Positions 25,296-39,255 of a stretch of DNA of 64,000 nucleotides are shown here, in pieces. The stretch is from Octopus sinensis. Its lineage: Eukaryota. The stretch is taken from contig NC_043003.1 of assembly GCF_006345805.1 (NCBI RefSeq), forward strand, positions 68,944,001 through 69,008,000. The letters run 5' to 3'. The notes beneath the pieces are model-generated. The model ran no database searches and was not told the DNA's origin. It saw only the letters and a list, made by a program, of their open reading frames with translations. The translations under genes were made by a program, and so were the position numbers. Numbering within the stretch: the stretch's first letter is position 1; every line of letters starts with the position of its first letter.

Positions 25296-27724
25296 GGCGT
25301 ACCTCGCCGACTGAATTTCTTTATCGGCCACAAAGGGCCTAACATAGAGGGGACAAACAAGGACAGACAAAACACAACAGTGGGGAAAAATTAAATTGAA
25401 TGAAAAGAATGGTAACGATAAATGAAAAGGTGGAATGACGTCAACTCGAAACCCCACACTCCAGATAACGTCATTGAATATTTTTAGGAGTTTTTAAAGT
25501 TATTTTAATGTTGTCTCTTTGTTCTTGCTGTGTGTTGCTTGTGTTCTATATTCAGTGTTCTTTTGGGGGGTAGCATTTCTTGCTCCAGTTCTCCTTCTCC
25601 ACAGTCTTCTCCCGCCTCTTTCTACTTCTATTCCTCCTCATCTGGAGCTTCCACCGTGGGCTTCTCCTGCTATTCCTTTGGTTCATTCTGTTTTTTGCTT
25701 GTGCTTCAGGTGGAAGGGTCTGGGGACACGTTTTCCTTATGTGCCCCTTCAGTCTGCACCCGAAATATCTTGACATTCTGCCCTGGACCGAGACTCTGCA
25801 TTCGTTTCTGTTCTTGGGCATCCATTTGTGTCTCTTTGTCCTTGTGTTACTTGTGTTGTATATTCAGTATACTTTTTTGTGGTATCTTTTTTTTTCCTTT
25901 TGGCGTCTGCGTTTGTAATATCTTTTGTGTGCGTTTGTGTGTGTATGTTTGTTTGAGGAAGTGAACGAAAGCTTTTTTCCTCTTTCTCCCTGCAACTGAC
26001 CATTCCTCATCACTTACCTCGGTAGATGTGGACGGTCCTGCTTCCTCCGGTGCCCAATTCTCCTTTTCCACCACTTCCTGCTTCCCTTCCTCCTCACCTA
26101 GAGCTTCCTCGTTATGCTTCTCTTGCTTTTCCCTTGGTTCAACCCGTTTATCTACATGTCCTTCAAGTTGAAGGGCTTCAGAGCACGTTTTCCTTGTGTA
26201 CCCCTTCAGTCACAACTGGAAGCATCATGGGATTCTGCCCTTCACCGTAACTCTGCGTAAGTATCTGTTCTTGAGCGTTTATGTGTGTCTCTTTCTCCTT
26301 GCTGTGTGTTACTTCTGTTCTATATTCAGTGTCTTTGGGGTGGTGGTATATTTTCCCTTTTGATGTCTGCGTTTGTAATGCCTTTTGTCTGCGTTCGTAT
26401 CTGTTCTTGTGCATTCGTTTTTAAGCTTTTTTGTGTTTGAGGAAGAGAAGGAGAACCTTTTTCCTTTCCATCCCTGCAACTGACCATTCCTCTTCACTTA
26501 CCTCGGTAGATGTGGACGGTCCAGCTTCCCCCGGCGGTCAATTCTATTTTTGCACTGTCTTCTTAACCCCTTCATGCTTCTCTTTCTACTCATCTACAGA
26601 TGCCTCGTTATGCTTCTCTTACTGTTCCTCTTGTTCATCCTGCTCTTCTCCCTTGTGCTTCAGGCTGAAAGACCTGGGGGTACGTTTTCATTATGTGCCC
26701 CTTCCGTCAGCACTCGAAACATGGTATTTTGCCTTGGACTGAGACTCTCAGTTTTGTCTCATCCGGCAGAATTATAAATTCTGGAATTTCTTCCAATTCT
26801 GCTGGTGTGGCTTCAATTGTCGCCTGAAGAATCCCGCCACACCAGTTCTGCACTTTTTTCTCCTCGAATACCAGCAGTGCCACATCCTCCTTGATATTGG
26901 AGAAAGCGGCTTTCAGAAGCCAGGCCGATCTAATTTCAGTCGAATAACGTTCTATTGCGATTTTTGTGATTCTTTTGCCTAGGTATGAGGGAAAAGAGCC
27001 AGCTCGTTCGTCTGCAGGGTGATCGCGGAATCATCCCTAACGTCGTGTTCTCACACAAATTGTACTTCCATAGTACCGAATTTCTTTCTTCTTTTCATGA
27101 ACGACACTTTGAACAAAATAGGCTTTAGGACATTTTCTGTAACAAAACAACGTCAAGCAATAAATGACCAACCGCAACTTAAAGGCGTACCTCGCCGACT
27201 GAATTTCTTTATCGGCCACAAAGGGCCTAACATAGAGGGGACAAACAAGGACAGACAAAACACAAAAGTGTGGAAAAATCAAATCGAATGAAAAGAATGG
27301 TAATGATAAATGAAAAGGTAGAACGACGTCAATTCGAAACCCCACACTCCAGAGAACGTCAGGGAACATTTTTAGAAGACGTTTTAAACAGTTATTTTAT
27401 TTTGTCATTGTTCATGCTGTGTGTTGTTTGTGTTGTATATTCAGTGTTTTGGGGGGGGGGGTAACTTTTTTTGCTCTCTGCATTTCTAATGCTTTTGTCT
27501 GCGTTCGTATCTGTTCCTGAGCGTTTTTTTTGCGTCGCTTTGTCCTTGCTGTGTGTTACTTGCGTTGTGTATTCAATATTCGTTTTAGTGGAACATTTTT
27601 CCTTTTTTCTGTCTGAGTTTGTAATGTCTTTTGTCTGCGTACCTATTTGTTGTTGTGCATTTCTTTTTAAGCTTTTTGTGTTTGTTTGAGGAAGAGAACG
27701 GGAACTTTTTCCTCATCCTCCCCG
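25296..27724 (-). mobile_element. Tandem ORF1-only Tx1/L1-like element (HAL1-like), with triplicated zinc-knuckle module
   Basis: The decayed ORF contains VSVQGKIPCFEC*RKGHIMKTYP and VSVQGRMSRYFGCRLKGHIRKTCP (CX2CX4HX4C-derived). A near-identical 3' end/junction of about 200 bp occurs at 25296 and 27184 (period 1888). No RT is present. Confidence 0.65.
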
Positions 27725-29889
27725 CACCAGAAATAGCGGGCGGAGAAAATAGACGGCCGGATGAACGGAAGGAAGGAAAGAATGATGGATGGATGGATGG
27801 ATTTTGAATTATGATAAAACAGTTTGGAAATGGTTGTATTTATTTATTTGAATCAATAAAAACATTGAAAATGGAAGGTGTTATACAGCTTCCTCACATG
27901 ATAACCGTAAAATAACATTACTTTTTATCATGTTTACCATTATTCCTAAGAGTATTGTTTTGCTTGTTTTGGACTGAGATTTCCTATTACAATTATATAT
28001 TTCAATGCACTATATTTAATGATATTTTCCATGTCTGTATCGTTTTTCTTTAAATTGCATACATTTCTAAGTTTCTCATAAAATTTCATGAGTTTATGGT
28101 TTACATTTCATTATAATATTGACATTTTATAAAACTACCTATTTTCATTGAGAGAGAAGGAGGCAAAAATTCAAATTAACAGAGATTTGCAATAGTTACT
28201 GCAACATATCAATATATCTGAAAAACAGTAACTGCATCTTCACAATCTGTATCAGTTTGTATGGATTTGATTATCGATTTCAATGAAACATTCGTTGGCT
28301 TTTATATTATTTCAGTCATTAAATAGGCGTTTTCTTAGTTAGATGATCAAATTTGTCTCAATTTGACTTGTTTCTATTCAAACTGTATACCGCTAAATCG
28401 GCAAATTACATTCTATTTTTTAACAGGGTATTATTATAGAACTAATGTTTTGCAGATAATTCAGTTAAGTTTGAAAGCTTTTTTCTGTTCCTTTCATATG
28501 AAATTTTATGCAGTGTCTGGGTGAACGTAGCAGCAGACTTTTGGCTGAAAGTTCGTTTCTCAGCTTAAAGGATTATGGTTTCAGAGATCTGTGGTTAAAA
28601 TTACCAATTCGCAATTGCGTAGTTTCATATTCATTCCACGAAATCTTGAGCAAGTATCTGAGAACATAGCCTTACATTGACCAAAGGTATATGAGGAGAA
28701 TCTGCGCTTCGGTGGCTGGTCGAGGGAGTGTAGCAGCTGCTGTGAGGCGGTTGGAGGTCGGGGAGACGCTTGTCGACTTTGAAATGATAGGAACTAACCA
28801 AAAGTTGATTCAGGGAGAAGGGTCAAGATTGGAATTGGACCCGCCCGAAGATATAACGGGAAGTGGAGGGGAGAAAGTGGTGGTCTCTAGAACCCTATCA
28901 CTGACAAACAAGAGGGTGGAGGTGGCTGGCGAGGAATATATTGAAGAGAGCTTGAAGGATATAGGTAACACTGAATTTAGCTGACTTTGCTGTGTCTTTT
29001 AGCGAGATATACCCTGTTGAGAGCATTTTAGTTAGATTTCCAGTTTGTGAATAAATTCTTCTATTCTTTCCAAGTCAAGTTCCTCCCCTAAAATTTGTCC
29101 AAGATACTGCTACTGCCTTTTACCTTTTACTAAACCAGAGGTGCCAAACATACGACCCTCTCTACTAAATTTCATATATAAAATTATTATAATTATTATC
29201 AAAATTTTAAATATTTAAAATATATTAATACTGATTCCGATTGGTTGAATTCGGGCATCCCAGGGAATCGTTTGCTTTTTCAGCCAGAGAAAAAGAAATT
29301 TACAAATCCATACATGTATATGTATACTATTTCTCTTTCACTTTGTCTATAAATGTACAGCCAAGCGGAAGATTTTCCTCAAATGTGCGTATGTGCTCGT
29401 GGGAAAGGTTTCTAGTGACATAAACAAAATTCAAAGGTTTTGAAGTTAAAAGAGTGCAAGCTATCGACCAAGTCGTTTTAAGCATTCATTTGGAAAATGT
29501 CTATCCCCGCGTTTACTTTAAAGATCTCTATTTAATAAGACTGCATATATTTTATGCGGACGAGTTTTTTCAAATCTTTCTAAGCCCCGAATTTGCTAAC
29601 AACTCTGTTGTTTACTTTTCATAAAGTAGTTATTTCAACGTACATTAAAACAAGTTTATCAAAATAAGGAAGAATATTAGACGTCGACAAAGATTGTGCG
29701 CAGAGACATTTGAGGAAAACCTGTATGTTGCCGCCACTTTTATCTATTTAGGTCTACATCATGAATGAGATTCATCTAGCTATCATTAGGCACTACGGCA
29801 ACATAGAGTCTATTCTTTGAGAAACAGAAACGGACACACTGACAAATATTTCATAAGAATAAATTATATGTGCATGTATACATGAATGA

Positions 29890-32800
29890 ATTTTTCTAAA
29901 TTTTTCCATAAGATTTTTCAAAATTTTTCCCCAAAATTTTTCAAAATTTTCCCCCAAATTTTTGAAAGTATTCACCAAACGTTTTTGAAAATTTTCCTAA
30001 AGAATTTTACAAAACTTTTCCACAAAAATTTTTGAGATTTTTCTCCAAAAAATTTTACAAAATTTTTCCCAAAAATTTTTGAAAATTTCCCCAAACATTT
30101 TTGAAAATTTATCGCAACTAATTTTTAAAAATTTTTGAAAATTGTTCCCAAAACTTTTTCAAAATATTTCCCAAAACTTTTCATAACTTTTTGGGAAAAA
30201 TTTCAAAAATTTTTAGGGAAAATTTTCAAAAATTTTTGGCAAAAATTTTCAAAAATTTCTGGGAAGATTTTCAAAAATTTTTAGGGAAAATTTTCTAATG
30301 TTTTTGGGGAAAATTTTCAAATATTTTTTGGGGAAATTCTCAAAACTTTTTTGGGAAAATTCTGAAAAATTTTCAAAAATTTTTAGAGAAAATTTTCAAA
30401 ATTTGTGAGAATTCTCAAAAATTTGGGGAGAAAATTTTCAAAAATTTCTAGGAAGATTTTTATGGAAAATTTTCAAATATTACTGGGAAGATTTTAAAAA
30501 ATTTTTAAAGAAAGGTTTCAAAAATTTTTAGGGAAAAGTTTCAAAAATTTTTAGGGAAAATTTTCAAAAATTTTTGAGGAGAATTTTCAAAAATTTTCAT
30601 GGAAAATTTTCGGTGAAAATTTTCGAAAAATTTATTGGTAAAATTTTCGGTGAAAATTTTCGAAAAATTTTTGGGGTAAATTTTCGGTGAAAATTTACAA
30701 AAAGTTTTTGGGTAGAATTTTCGAAAAATTTTTGGATAAGATTTTCGGTGAAAATTTTCGAAAACCCATATAACGAATATGCTCCATATGCTGAAGTCTA
30801 CAAACTTCGATATCGTCATAGTTGTTAGGATATCGTCATGTGTAAAGGAGAATCCAGTGTCTCGTGGATGGTGAGGCATCTTCACTGTAGTAGTAAACCA
30901 GAATTAACTCTATACACAGAAGGCATCAGCAGCAGCAACCTAAAAATATATTTTTAGCCATAACATATATTTTTAGCTCGGCTAAAATTTTCGAAACATT
31001 TTAGTTAAAAATATTCGGTGAAAATTTTCGAAAAATTTTTTGTTACAATTTTCGAAAAATTTTTGTGGAAAATTTTGGAAACATTTTGGGTGAAAATTTT
31101 CAAAATCCCATATAACGAATATGCTCCATATGCTGAAGTCTATCAACGTCGATATCGTCATAGTTATTAAGTGTAAAGCAGAATCTGGTGTATCGTGGAT
31201 GGTGGGGCATCTTGAATGTAGTATTTATCCAGGATTCACACTATATATACACAGAAAGCAGCAGCAACCTAAAAATATATTTTTAGCCATAACATCTATT
31301 TTTAGCTCGGGGAAACTTTTCAAAAATTTTTGGGGAAAATTTTGGTGGAAAATTTTCGAAAAATTTTTGATGAATATTTTCGAATAATTTTGGGGGAAAA
31401 TTTTTGGAAAATTTTTTTTGAAAATTTTCGGTGAAATTTCCGTCGTAAATTTTTGGTAAAATTTCCGTCGTAAATTTTTGAAAAATTTTTGGGAAAAATT
31501 TTCGGTGAAAATTTTCGAAAAGTTTTTGTGATTCACTCTATACAGAAAGCACCAGCAGCCACCAAAATATCTATTTTTAGCCATAACACCTATTTTCGGG
31601 AAAAATTTTCGAAAACTTTTTGGGTAAAATTTTGGTGAAAAATTTTCGAAAAATTTTTGAGTGATATTTTCGAAAAATTTTTGGGGAAAATTTTCCAAAA
31701 ATTTTTGTTAAAAATTGTCGAAAAATTTTTTTGTAGAATTTCCGGTGTAAATTTTCGAAAAATTTTTTGTGAAAATTTTCGGTAAAAATTTTAGAAAAAT
31801 TTTTGGGGAAGATTTTCGGCACCGCAGGCGTTCCATACTTTGTGATTTTGGCACTGCTGGCTTTCCAAACTTTGTGATTTTGGCACCGCCGGCTTTCCAT
31901 ACTTTGTGATTTTGACACCGCCGGCTTTCCATACTATGTGAATTCGTAATATATTTGGGTAAAATTTGCGGTATAAATTTTCTAAAAATTTTTGGGGAGA
32001 ATTTTCGGTGAAGATTTTCGAAAAATTTTTGAGGAATATTTTTGAAAAAATTATGGGGAAAATTTTCGAAAAATTTTTTGGTCAAATTTCCGGTGTTAAT
32101 TTTCGAAAAACTTTTGTTGAAAATTTTCGGCAAAAATTTTCGAAAAATGGCTTTCCATACTTTGTGATTTTGGCACCGCCGGCTTTCCATACTTTGTGAT
32201 TTAGAAATAAATTTGGGTAAAATTTCCGGTATAAATCTTCGAAAAATTTTTGGGGAGAGTTTTCGGCACCTCTGGTTTTGTAATTTTGTGATTTTGGCAC
32301 CGCCGGTTTTCCATACTTTGTGATTTGTCACCGCCGGCTTTCCATACTTTGTGCTTTTTTGGCATCGCCGGCTTTCCATACTTTGTGATTTTGGCACCGC
32401 CAGCTCTCCATAGTTTGTGATTTCGAAATATATTTGGGTAAAATTTCCGGTATAAATTTTCGAAAAATTTTTGGAGACAATTTTCGGTGAAAATTTTCGA
32501 AAACTTTTTGGGTTAAGTGTAAAGCAGAATCTGGTGTATCGTGGATGGTAAAACATCTTGACTGTAGTAGTGAACCAGAATTCATACTATGTATACACAT
32601 AAAGCAACAGCGGCCACCAAAAACCTATTTTTTGCTATGACATCTATTTTTAGCTCGGGGAAAATTTTCGAAAAATTTTTGGCGAAAATTTTCGGTGAAA
32701 ATTTTCGAATACCCATATAACGAATATGCTCCATATGCTAAAGTCGAAAAAACTCGATATCGTCATAGTTGTTAAATGTAAAGCAGAATCTGGTGTATCG

Positions 32801-35800
32801 TGGATGGTGAGGCATCTTGAACGTAGTATTTATCCAGAATTCACGCTATATATACACACAAAGCAGCAGCAGCAGCAAGCTAGGAATATATTTTTAGCCA
32901 TAACATCTACTTTTAGCTCGGAGAAAATTTTCAAAAATTTTTAGATAAAATTTTCGAAAAGTTTTTGATGAATAATTTCGAAGAATTTTGGGGGAAAATT
33001 TTTGGAAAATTTTTTTTGAAAATTTTCGAAAAGTTTATGGGGAAAATTTTCGGCACCTCTGGCTTTGTAATTTTGTGAATTTGGCACCGCCGGTTTTCCA
33101 TACTTTGTGATTTGTCACAGCCGGTTTTCCATACTTTGTGATTTTGGCACCGCCAGCTCTCTATACTTTGTGATTTTGAAACATTTTTGGGTAAAATTTC
33201 CGGTATAAATTATCGAAAAATATTTGGGGAGAATTTTCGGTGAAAACTTTCGAAAACATTTTGGGTTAACTGTAAAGCAAAATCTGGTGTATCGTGGATG
33301 GTGAGGCATCTTGACTGTAGTAAAAAACCAGAATTCACTCTACATATACACAAAAAGCACCAGTAGCGACCAAAAACCTATATTTATCTATGACGTCTAT
33401 TTTTACCTCGGGGAAAATTTTCGAAAAATTTTTGCGGAAAATTGTCAGGAAAATTTTGGAAAACCTTTTGGGTAAAATTTTCCGTGAAAATTTTCGAAAG
33501 ATTTTTGAGGAAAATTTTCAGTGAAAATTTTCGAAAACCCATAGAGCGAATATGCTCCATATGCTGAAGTCTATAAACGTCGACATCGTCACAGTTGTTA
33601 AGTTTAAAGCAGAATCTGGTGTATTGTGGATGGTGAGGCATCTTGACTGTGGTATAAAACCAGAATTCACTCTATATATAAACAGAAAGCACCAACAGCC
33701 ACCAAAAAATCTATTTTTAACCATAACACCTATTTTCGAGTAAAATTTTCGAAAAATTTTCGTTGAAAATTTTCGGTAAAAATTTTCGAAAAGTTTTTTG
33801 GGGAAATTTTTGGCACCGCCGGCTTTCCATACTTAGTGATTTTGAAACAGATGTCTTTCCATACTTTGTGATTTTGGCACCGCCGGCTTTCCATACTTTG
33901 TGATTTTGGCACCGCCGGCTTTCCATACTTTGTGATTTTGAAAAATTTTGGGGCAAAATTTCCGGTATAAATTATTGAAAAATTTTTGGGGAGAATTTTC
34001 GGTGAAAATTTTCGAAAAATTTTTGGGTTAACTGTAAAGCAAAATCTGGTGTATCGTGGTTGGTGAGGCATCTTCACTGTAGTAAAAAAAAAGAATTCAC
34101 TCTATATATTCACAGAAAGCACCAGTAGCGACAAAAAACCTATATTTAGCTATGACATCTATTTATAACTCGGGGAAAATTTTCGAAAGATTTTTGGGGA
34201 AAATTGTCGGGAAAATTTTCGAAAACCTTTTGGGTAAAATTTTCAGTGAAAATTTTCGGAAAATTTTTGGGGAAAATTTTCAGTGAAAATTTTCGAAAAC
34301 CCATAGAGCGAATATGCTCCATATGCTGAAGTCTATAAACGTCGATATCGTCACAGTTGTTAAGTGTAAAGCAGGATCTGGTGTATCGTGGATGGTGCGG
34401 AATCTTGACTGTGGTATTAAACCAGAATTCACTCTATATATAAACAGAAAGCACCAGCAGCCACCAAAAAATCTATTTTTAGCCATAACACCTATTTTCG
34501 TGAAAAATTTTCGAGAAATTTTTGGGTCAAAATTTTGGTGAAAAATTTTCAAAACATTTTTGAATAATTTTTCAAAAAATTTTTGAGGAAAATTTTCGAA
34601 AAATTTTTCTTGAAAATTTTGGGTGAAAATTGTCCAAAAATTTTTTTTGTAAAATTTCCGGTGTAAATTTTCGGTAAAAATTTTCGAAAAATTTTTGGGG
34701 AAAATTTTCGGTGAAAATTTTCGAAAAGTTTTTGGGGAAAATTTTCGGCACCTCTTGTGATTTTGTGATTTTGGCACCGCCGGTTTTCTATACTTTGTGA
34801 TTTATCACCGCCGGCTTTCCATACTTTGTGATTTTGGCACCGCCGGCTTTCTATACCTTGTGATTTCGAAAAATTTTTGGATAAATTTCCGGTATAAATT
34901 ATCGAAAAATTTTTGGGTTAACTGTAAAGCAAAATCTGGTGTATCGTGGATGGTGAGGCATCTTGACTATAGTAAAAAACCAGAATTCACTCTATATATA
35001 CACAGAAAGCACTAGTAGCAACCAAAAAACCTATATTTAGCTATGACATCTATTTTTAGCTCGGGGAAAATTTTCGAAAAATTGTTGGGGAAAATTGTCG
35101 CGAAAATTTTGGAAAACCTTTTGGGTAAAATTTACCGTGAAAATTTTTCAAAAAATTTTGGGGAAAATTTTCAGTGAAAATTTGCGAAAACCCATAGAGC
35201 GAATATGCTCCATATGCTGGATTCTATAAACGCCGATATCGTCACAGTTGTTAAGTGTAAAGCAAAATCTGGTGTATCCTGGATGGTGAGGCATCTTGAC
35301 TGTGGTATTAAACCAGAATTCAATCTATATATAAACAGAAAGCACCAGCAGCCACCAAACAATCTATTTTTGCCATAACACCTATTTTCTGGAAAAATTT
35401 TCGAAAAATGTTTGGGTAAAATTTTAGTGAAAAATTATCGAAAAATTTGAGTATTTTCGAAAAATTTTTGTTGAAAATTTTGGGTGAAAATTGTGCAAAA
35501 ATTTTTTTGTAAAATTTCCGGTGTAAATTTTCGAAAAATTTTTTGTGAAAATTTTCGGTAAAAATTTTCGAAAAAATTTGGGGAAAATTTTCGACACCAC
35601 CGGCTTTCCATACTTTGTGATTTTGGCACCGCTGGCTTTCCAAACTTTGTGATTATGGCACCGCCGGCTTTCCATACTTTGTGATTTTCTTGTTCGCTAC
35701 TACAGTCAAGATGCCTTACCATCCACGATACACCAGATTCTGCTTTACACTTAACCCAAAAATTTTTGTTGAAAATTTTCGGTAAAAATTTTCGAAAAAT

Positions 35801-38800
35801 TTTTTGGTCAAATTTCCGGTGTGAATTTTCGAAAAATTTTTGTTGAAAATTATCGGCAATAATTTTTGAAAAATTTTTGGGGAAAATTTTCGGCACAGCC
35901 GGCTTTCCATACTTTGTGATTTTAGCACTGCTGACTTACCATACTTTGTGATTTTGGCACCGCCGGCTTTCCATACTTTGTGATTTTGGCACCGCCGGCT
36001 TTCCATACTTTGTGATTTTGAAAAATTTTGGGGCAAAATTTCCGGTATAAATTATTGAAAAATTTTTGGGGAGAATTTTCGGTGAAAATTTTCGAAAAAT
36101 TTTTGGGTTAACTGTAAAGCAAAATCTGGTGTATCGTGGTTGGTGAGGCATCTTCACTGTAGTAAAAAAAAAGAATTCACTCTATATATTCACAGAAAGC
36201 ACCAGTAGCGACAAAAAACCTATATTTAGCTATGACATCTATTTATAACTCGGGGAAAATTTTCGAAAGATTTTTGGGGAAAATTGTCGGGAAAATTTTC
36301 GAAAACCTTTTGGGTAAAATTTTCAGTGAAAATTTTCGGAAAATTTTTGGGGAAAATTTTCAGTGAAAATTTTCGAAAACCCATAGAGCGAATATGCTCC
36401 ATATGCTGAAGTCTATAAACGTCGATATCGTCACAGTTGTTAAGTGTAAAGCAGGATCTGGTGTATCGTGGATGGTGCGGAATCTTGACTGTGGTATTAA
36501 ACCAGAATTCACTCTATATATAAACAGAAAGCACCAGCAGCCACCAAAAAATCTATTTTTAGCCATAACACCTATTTTCGTGAAAAATTTTCGAGAAATT
36601 TTTGGGTCAAAATTTTGGTGAAAAATTTTCAAAACATTTTTGAATAATTTTTCAAAAAATTTTTGAGAAAAATTTTCGAAAAATTTTTCTTGAAAATTTT
36701 GGGTGAAAAATTGTCCAAAAATTTTTTTTGTAAAATTTCCGGTGTAAATTTTCGGTAAAAATTTTCGAAAAATTTTTGGGGAAAATTTTCGGTGAAAATT
36801 TTCGAAAAGTTTTTGGGGAAAATTTTCGGCACCTCTTGTGATTTTGTGATTTTGGCACCGCCGGTTTTCTATACTTTGTGATTTATCACCGCCGGCTTTC
36901 CATACTTTGTGATTTTGGCACCGCCGGCTTTCTATACCTTGTGATTTCGAAAAATTTTTGGATAAATTTCCGGTATAAATTATCGAAAAATTTTTGGGGA
37001 CAATTTTTGGTGAAAATTTTCGAAAAATTTTTGGGTTAACTGTAAAGCAAAATCTGGTGTATCGTGGATGGTGAGGCATCTTGACTATAGTAAAAAACCA
37101 GAATTCACTCTATATATACACAGAAAGCACTAGTAGCAACCAAAAAACCTATATTTAGCTATGACATCTATTTTTAGCTCGGGGAAAATTTTCGAAAAAT
37201 TGTTGGGGAAAATTGTCGCGAAAATTTTGGAAAACCTTTTGGGTAAAATTTACCGTGAAAATTTTTCAAAAATTTTTGGGGAAAATTTTCAGTGAAAATT
37301 TGCGAAAACCCATAGAGCGAATATGCTCCATATGCTGGATTCTATAAACGCCGATATCGTCACAGTTGTTAAGTGTAAAGCAAAATCTGGTGTATCCTGG
37401 ATGGTGAGGCATCTTGACTGTGGTATTAAACCAGAATTCAATCTATATATAAACAGAAAGCACCAGCAGCCACCAAACAATCTATTTTTGCCATAACACC
37501 TATTTTCTGGAAAAATTTTCGAAAAATGTTTGGGTAAAATTTTAGTGAAAAATTATCGAAAAATTTGAGTATTTTCGAAAAATTTTTGTTGAAAATTTTG
37601 GGTGAAAATTGTGCAAAAATTTTTTTGTAAAATTTCCGGTGTAAATTTTCGAAAAATTTTTTGTGAAAATTTTCGGTAAAAATTTTCGAAAAAATTTGGG
37701 GAAAATTTTCGACACCACCGGCTTTCCATACTTTGTGATTTTGGCACCGCTGGCTTCCAAACTTTGTGATTATGGCACCGCCGGCTTTCCATACTTTGTG
37801 ATTTTCTTGTTCGCTACTACAGTCAAGATGCCTTACCATCCACGATACACCAGATTCTGCTTTACACTTAACCCAAAAATTTTTGTTGAAAATTTTCGGT
37901 AAAAATTTTCGAAAAATTTTTTGGTCAAATTTCCGGTGTGAATTTTCGAAAAATTTTTGTTGAAAATTATCGGCAATAATTTTTGAAAAATTTTTGGGGA
38001 AAATTTTCGGCACAGCCGGCTTTCCATACTTTGTGATTTTAGCACTGCTGACTTACCATACTTTGTGATTTTGGCACCGCCGGCTTTCCATACTTTGTGA
38101 TTTTGGCACCGCCGGCTTTCCATACTTTATGATTTCGAAATATATTTGGGTAAAATTTCCGGTATAAATTTTCGAAAAATTTTTTGTGAAAATTTTCGGT
38201 AAAAATTTTCGAAAAAATTTGGGGAAAATTTTCGACACCACCGGCTTTCCATACTTTGTGATTTTGGCACCGCTGGCTTTCCAAACTTTGTGATTATGGC
38301 ACCGCCGGCTTTCCATACTTTGTGATTTTCTTGTTCGCTACTACAGTCAAGATGCCTTACCATCCACGATACACCAGATTCTGCTTTACACTTAACCCAA
38401 AAATTTTTGTTGAAAATTTTCGGTAAAAATTTTCGAAAAATTTTTTGGTCAAATTTCCGGTGTGAATTTTCGAAAAATTTTTGTTGAAAATTATCGGCAA
38501 TAATTTTTGAAAAATTTTTGGGGAAAATTTTCGGCACAGCCGGCTTTCCATACTTTGTGATTTTAGCACTGCTGACTTACCATACTTTGTGATTTTGGCA
38601 CCGCCGGCTTTCCATACTTTGTGATTTTGGCACCGCCGGCTTTCCATACTTTATGATTTCGAAATATATTTGGGTAAAATTTCCGGTATAAATTTTCGAA
38701 AAATTTTTGGGTTAAGTGTACAGCAGAGTCTGGTGTATCGTGGATGGTAAGGCATCTTGACAGTAGTAGTGAACCAGAATTCACACTATGTATACACATA

Positions 38801-39255
38801 AAGCGCCAGCAGCCACCAAAAAACCTATTTTTTGCTATGACATCTATTTTTAGCTCGGGGAAAAATATTAGAAAAATTTTTGGCGAAAATTTTCAGTGAA
38901 TATTTTCGAAAACCCATATAACGAATATGCTCCATATGCTGATGTCTATAAACGTCGATATCGTCATAGTTATTAAGTGTAAAGCAGAATCTGGTGTATC
39001 GTGGATGGTGAGGCATCATGAATGTAGTATTTATCCAGAATTTTTTGGAGAAAATTTTCAAGACTTTTGGGGAAAAAAGATTACCGGAATTTTCTGACTC
39101 TGCCAGAGATTACGGAGATTGCCGGAGTCTGTCTGAAATTGAGGGAGTTTGCAGGGATTTTCCGGAGATATCCGAAGTTTGCTGGAGATACCCGGAGTTG
39201 CCGGACATTGCCCCCAAAATCTTTGAAAATTTTCCAAGAAATTTTTTAAAATTTT
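29890..39255. repeat. Complex satellite: A4T4-type tracts + 32-bp repeat + ~220-bp core, with higher-order repeat
   Basis: GAAAATTTTC(G) variants every ~11-12 bp; a GGCTTTCCATACTTTGTGATTTTGGCACCGCC 32-mer in clusters; a core first seen at 30761-30981 recurring more than 15 times in whole or part; 33951 matches 36031 (period 2080). Confidence 0.95.

Noticed and set aside
28560-29100. 97-aa ORF 28691..28984 / retroelement-like block
   Set aside because: No recognisable domain. The purine/pyrimidine strand bias resembles the PLE fragment at 61510, but this is not enough to call.
31815-38650. 32-bp repeat as a CRISPR direct repeat
   Set aside because: Units are mostly directly adjacent with no unique spacers, there are no cas genes, and the context is eukaryotic.
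30541-39061. K/F/I/N-rich ORFs and the recurring 62-aa core ORFs (MLHMLKSINVDIV... and its antisense FFGGCWCFL...)
   Set aside because: They arise from the satellite. Differences between copies are largely non-synonymous and some copies have stops or frameshifts, so there is no sign of coding constraint.
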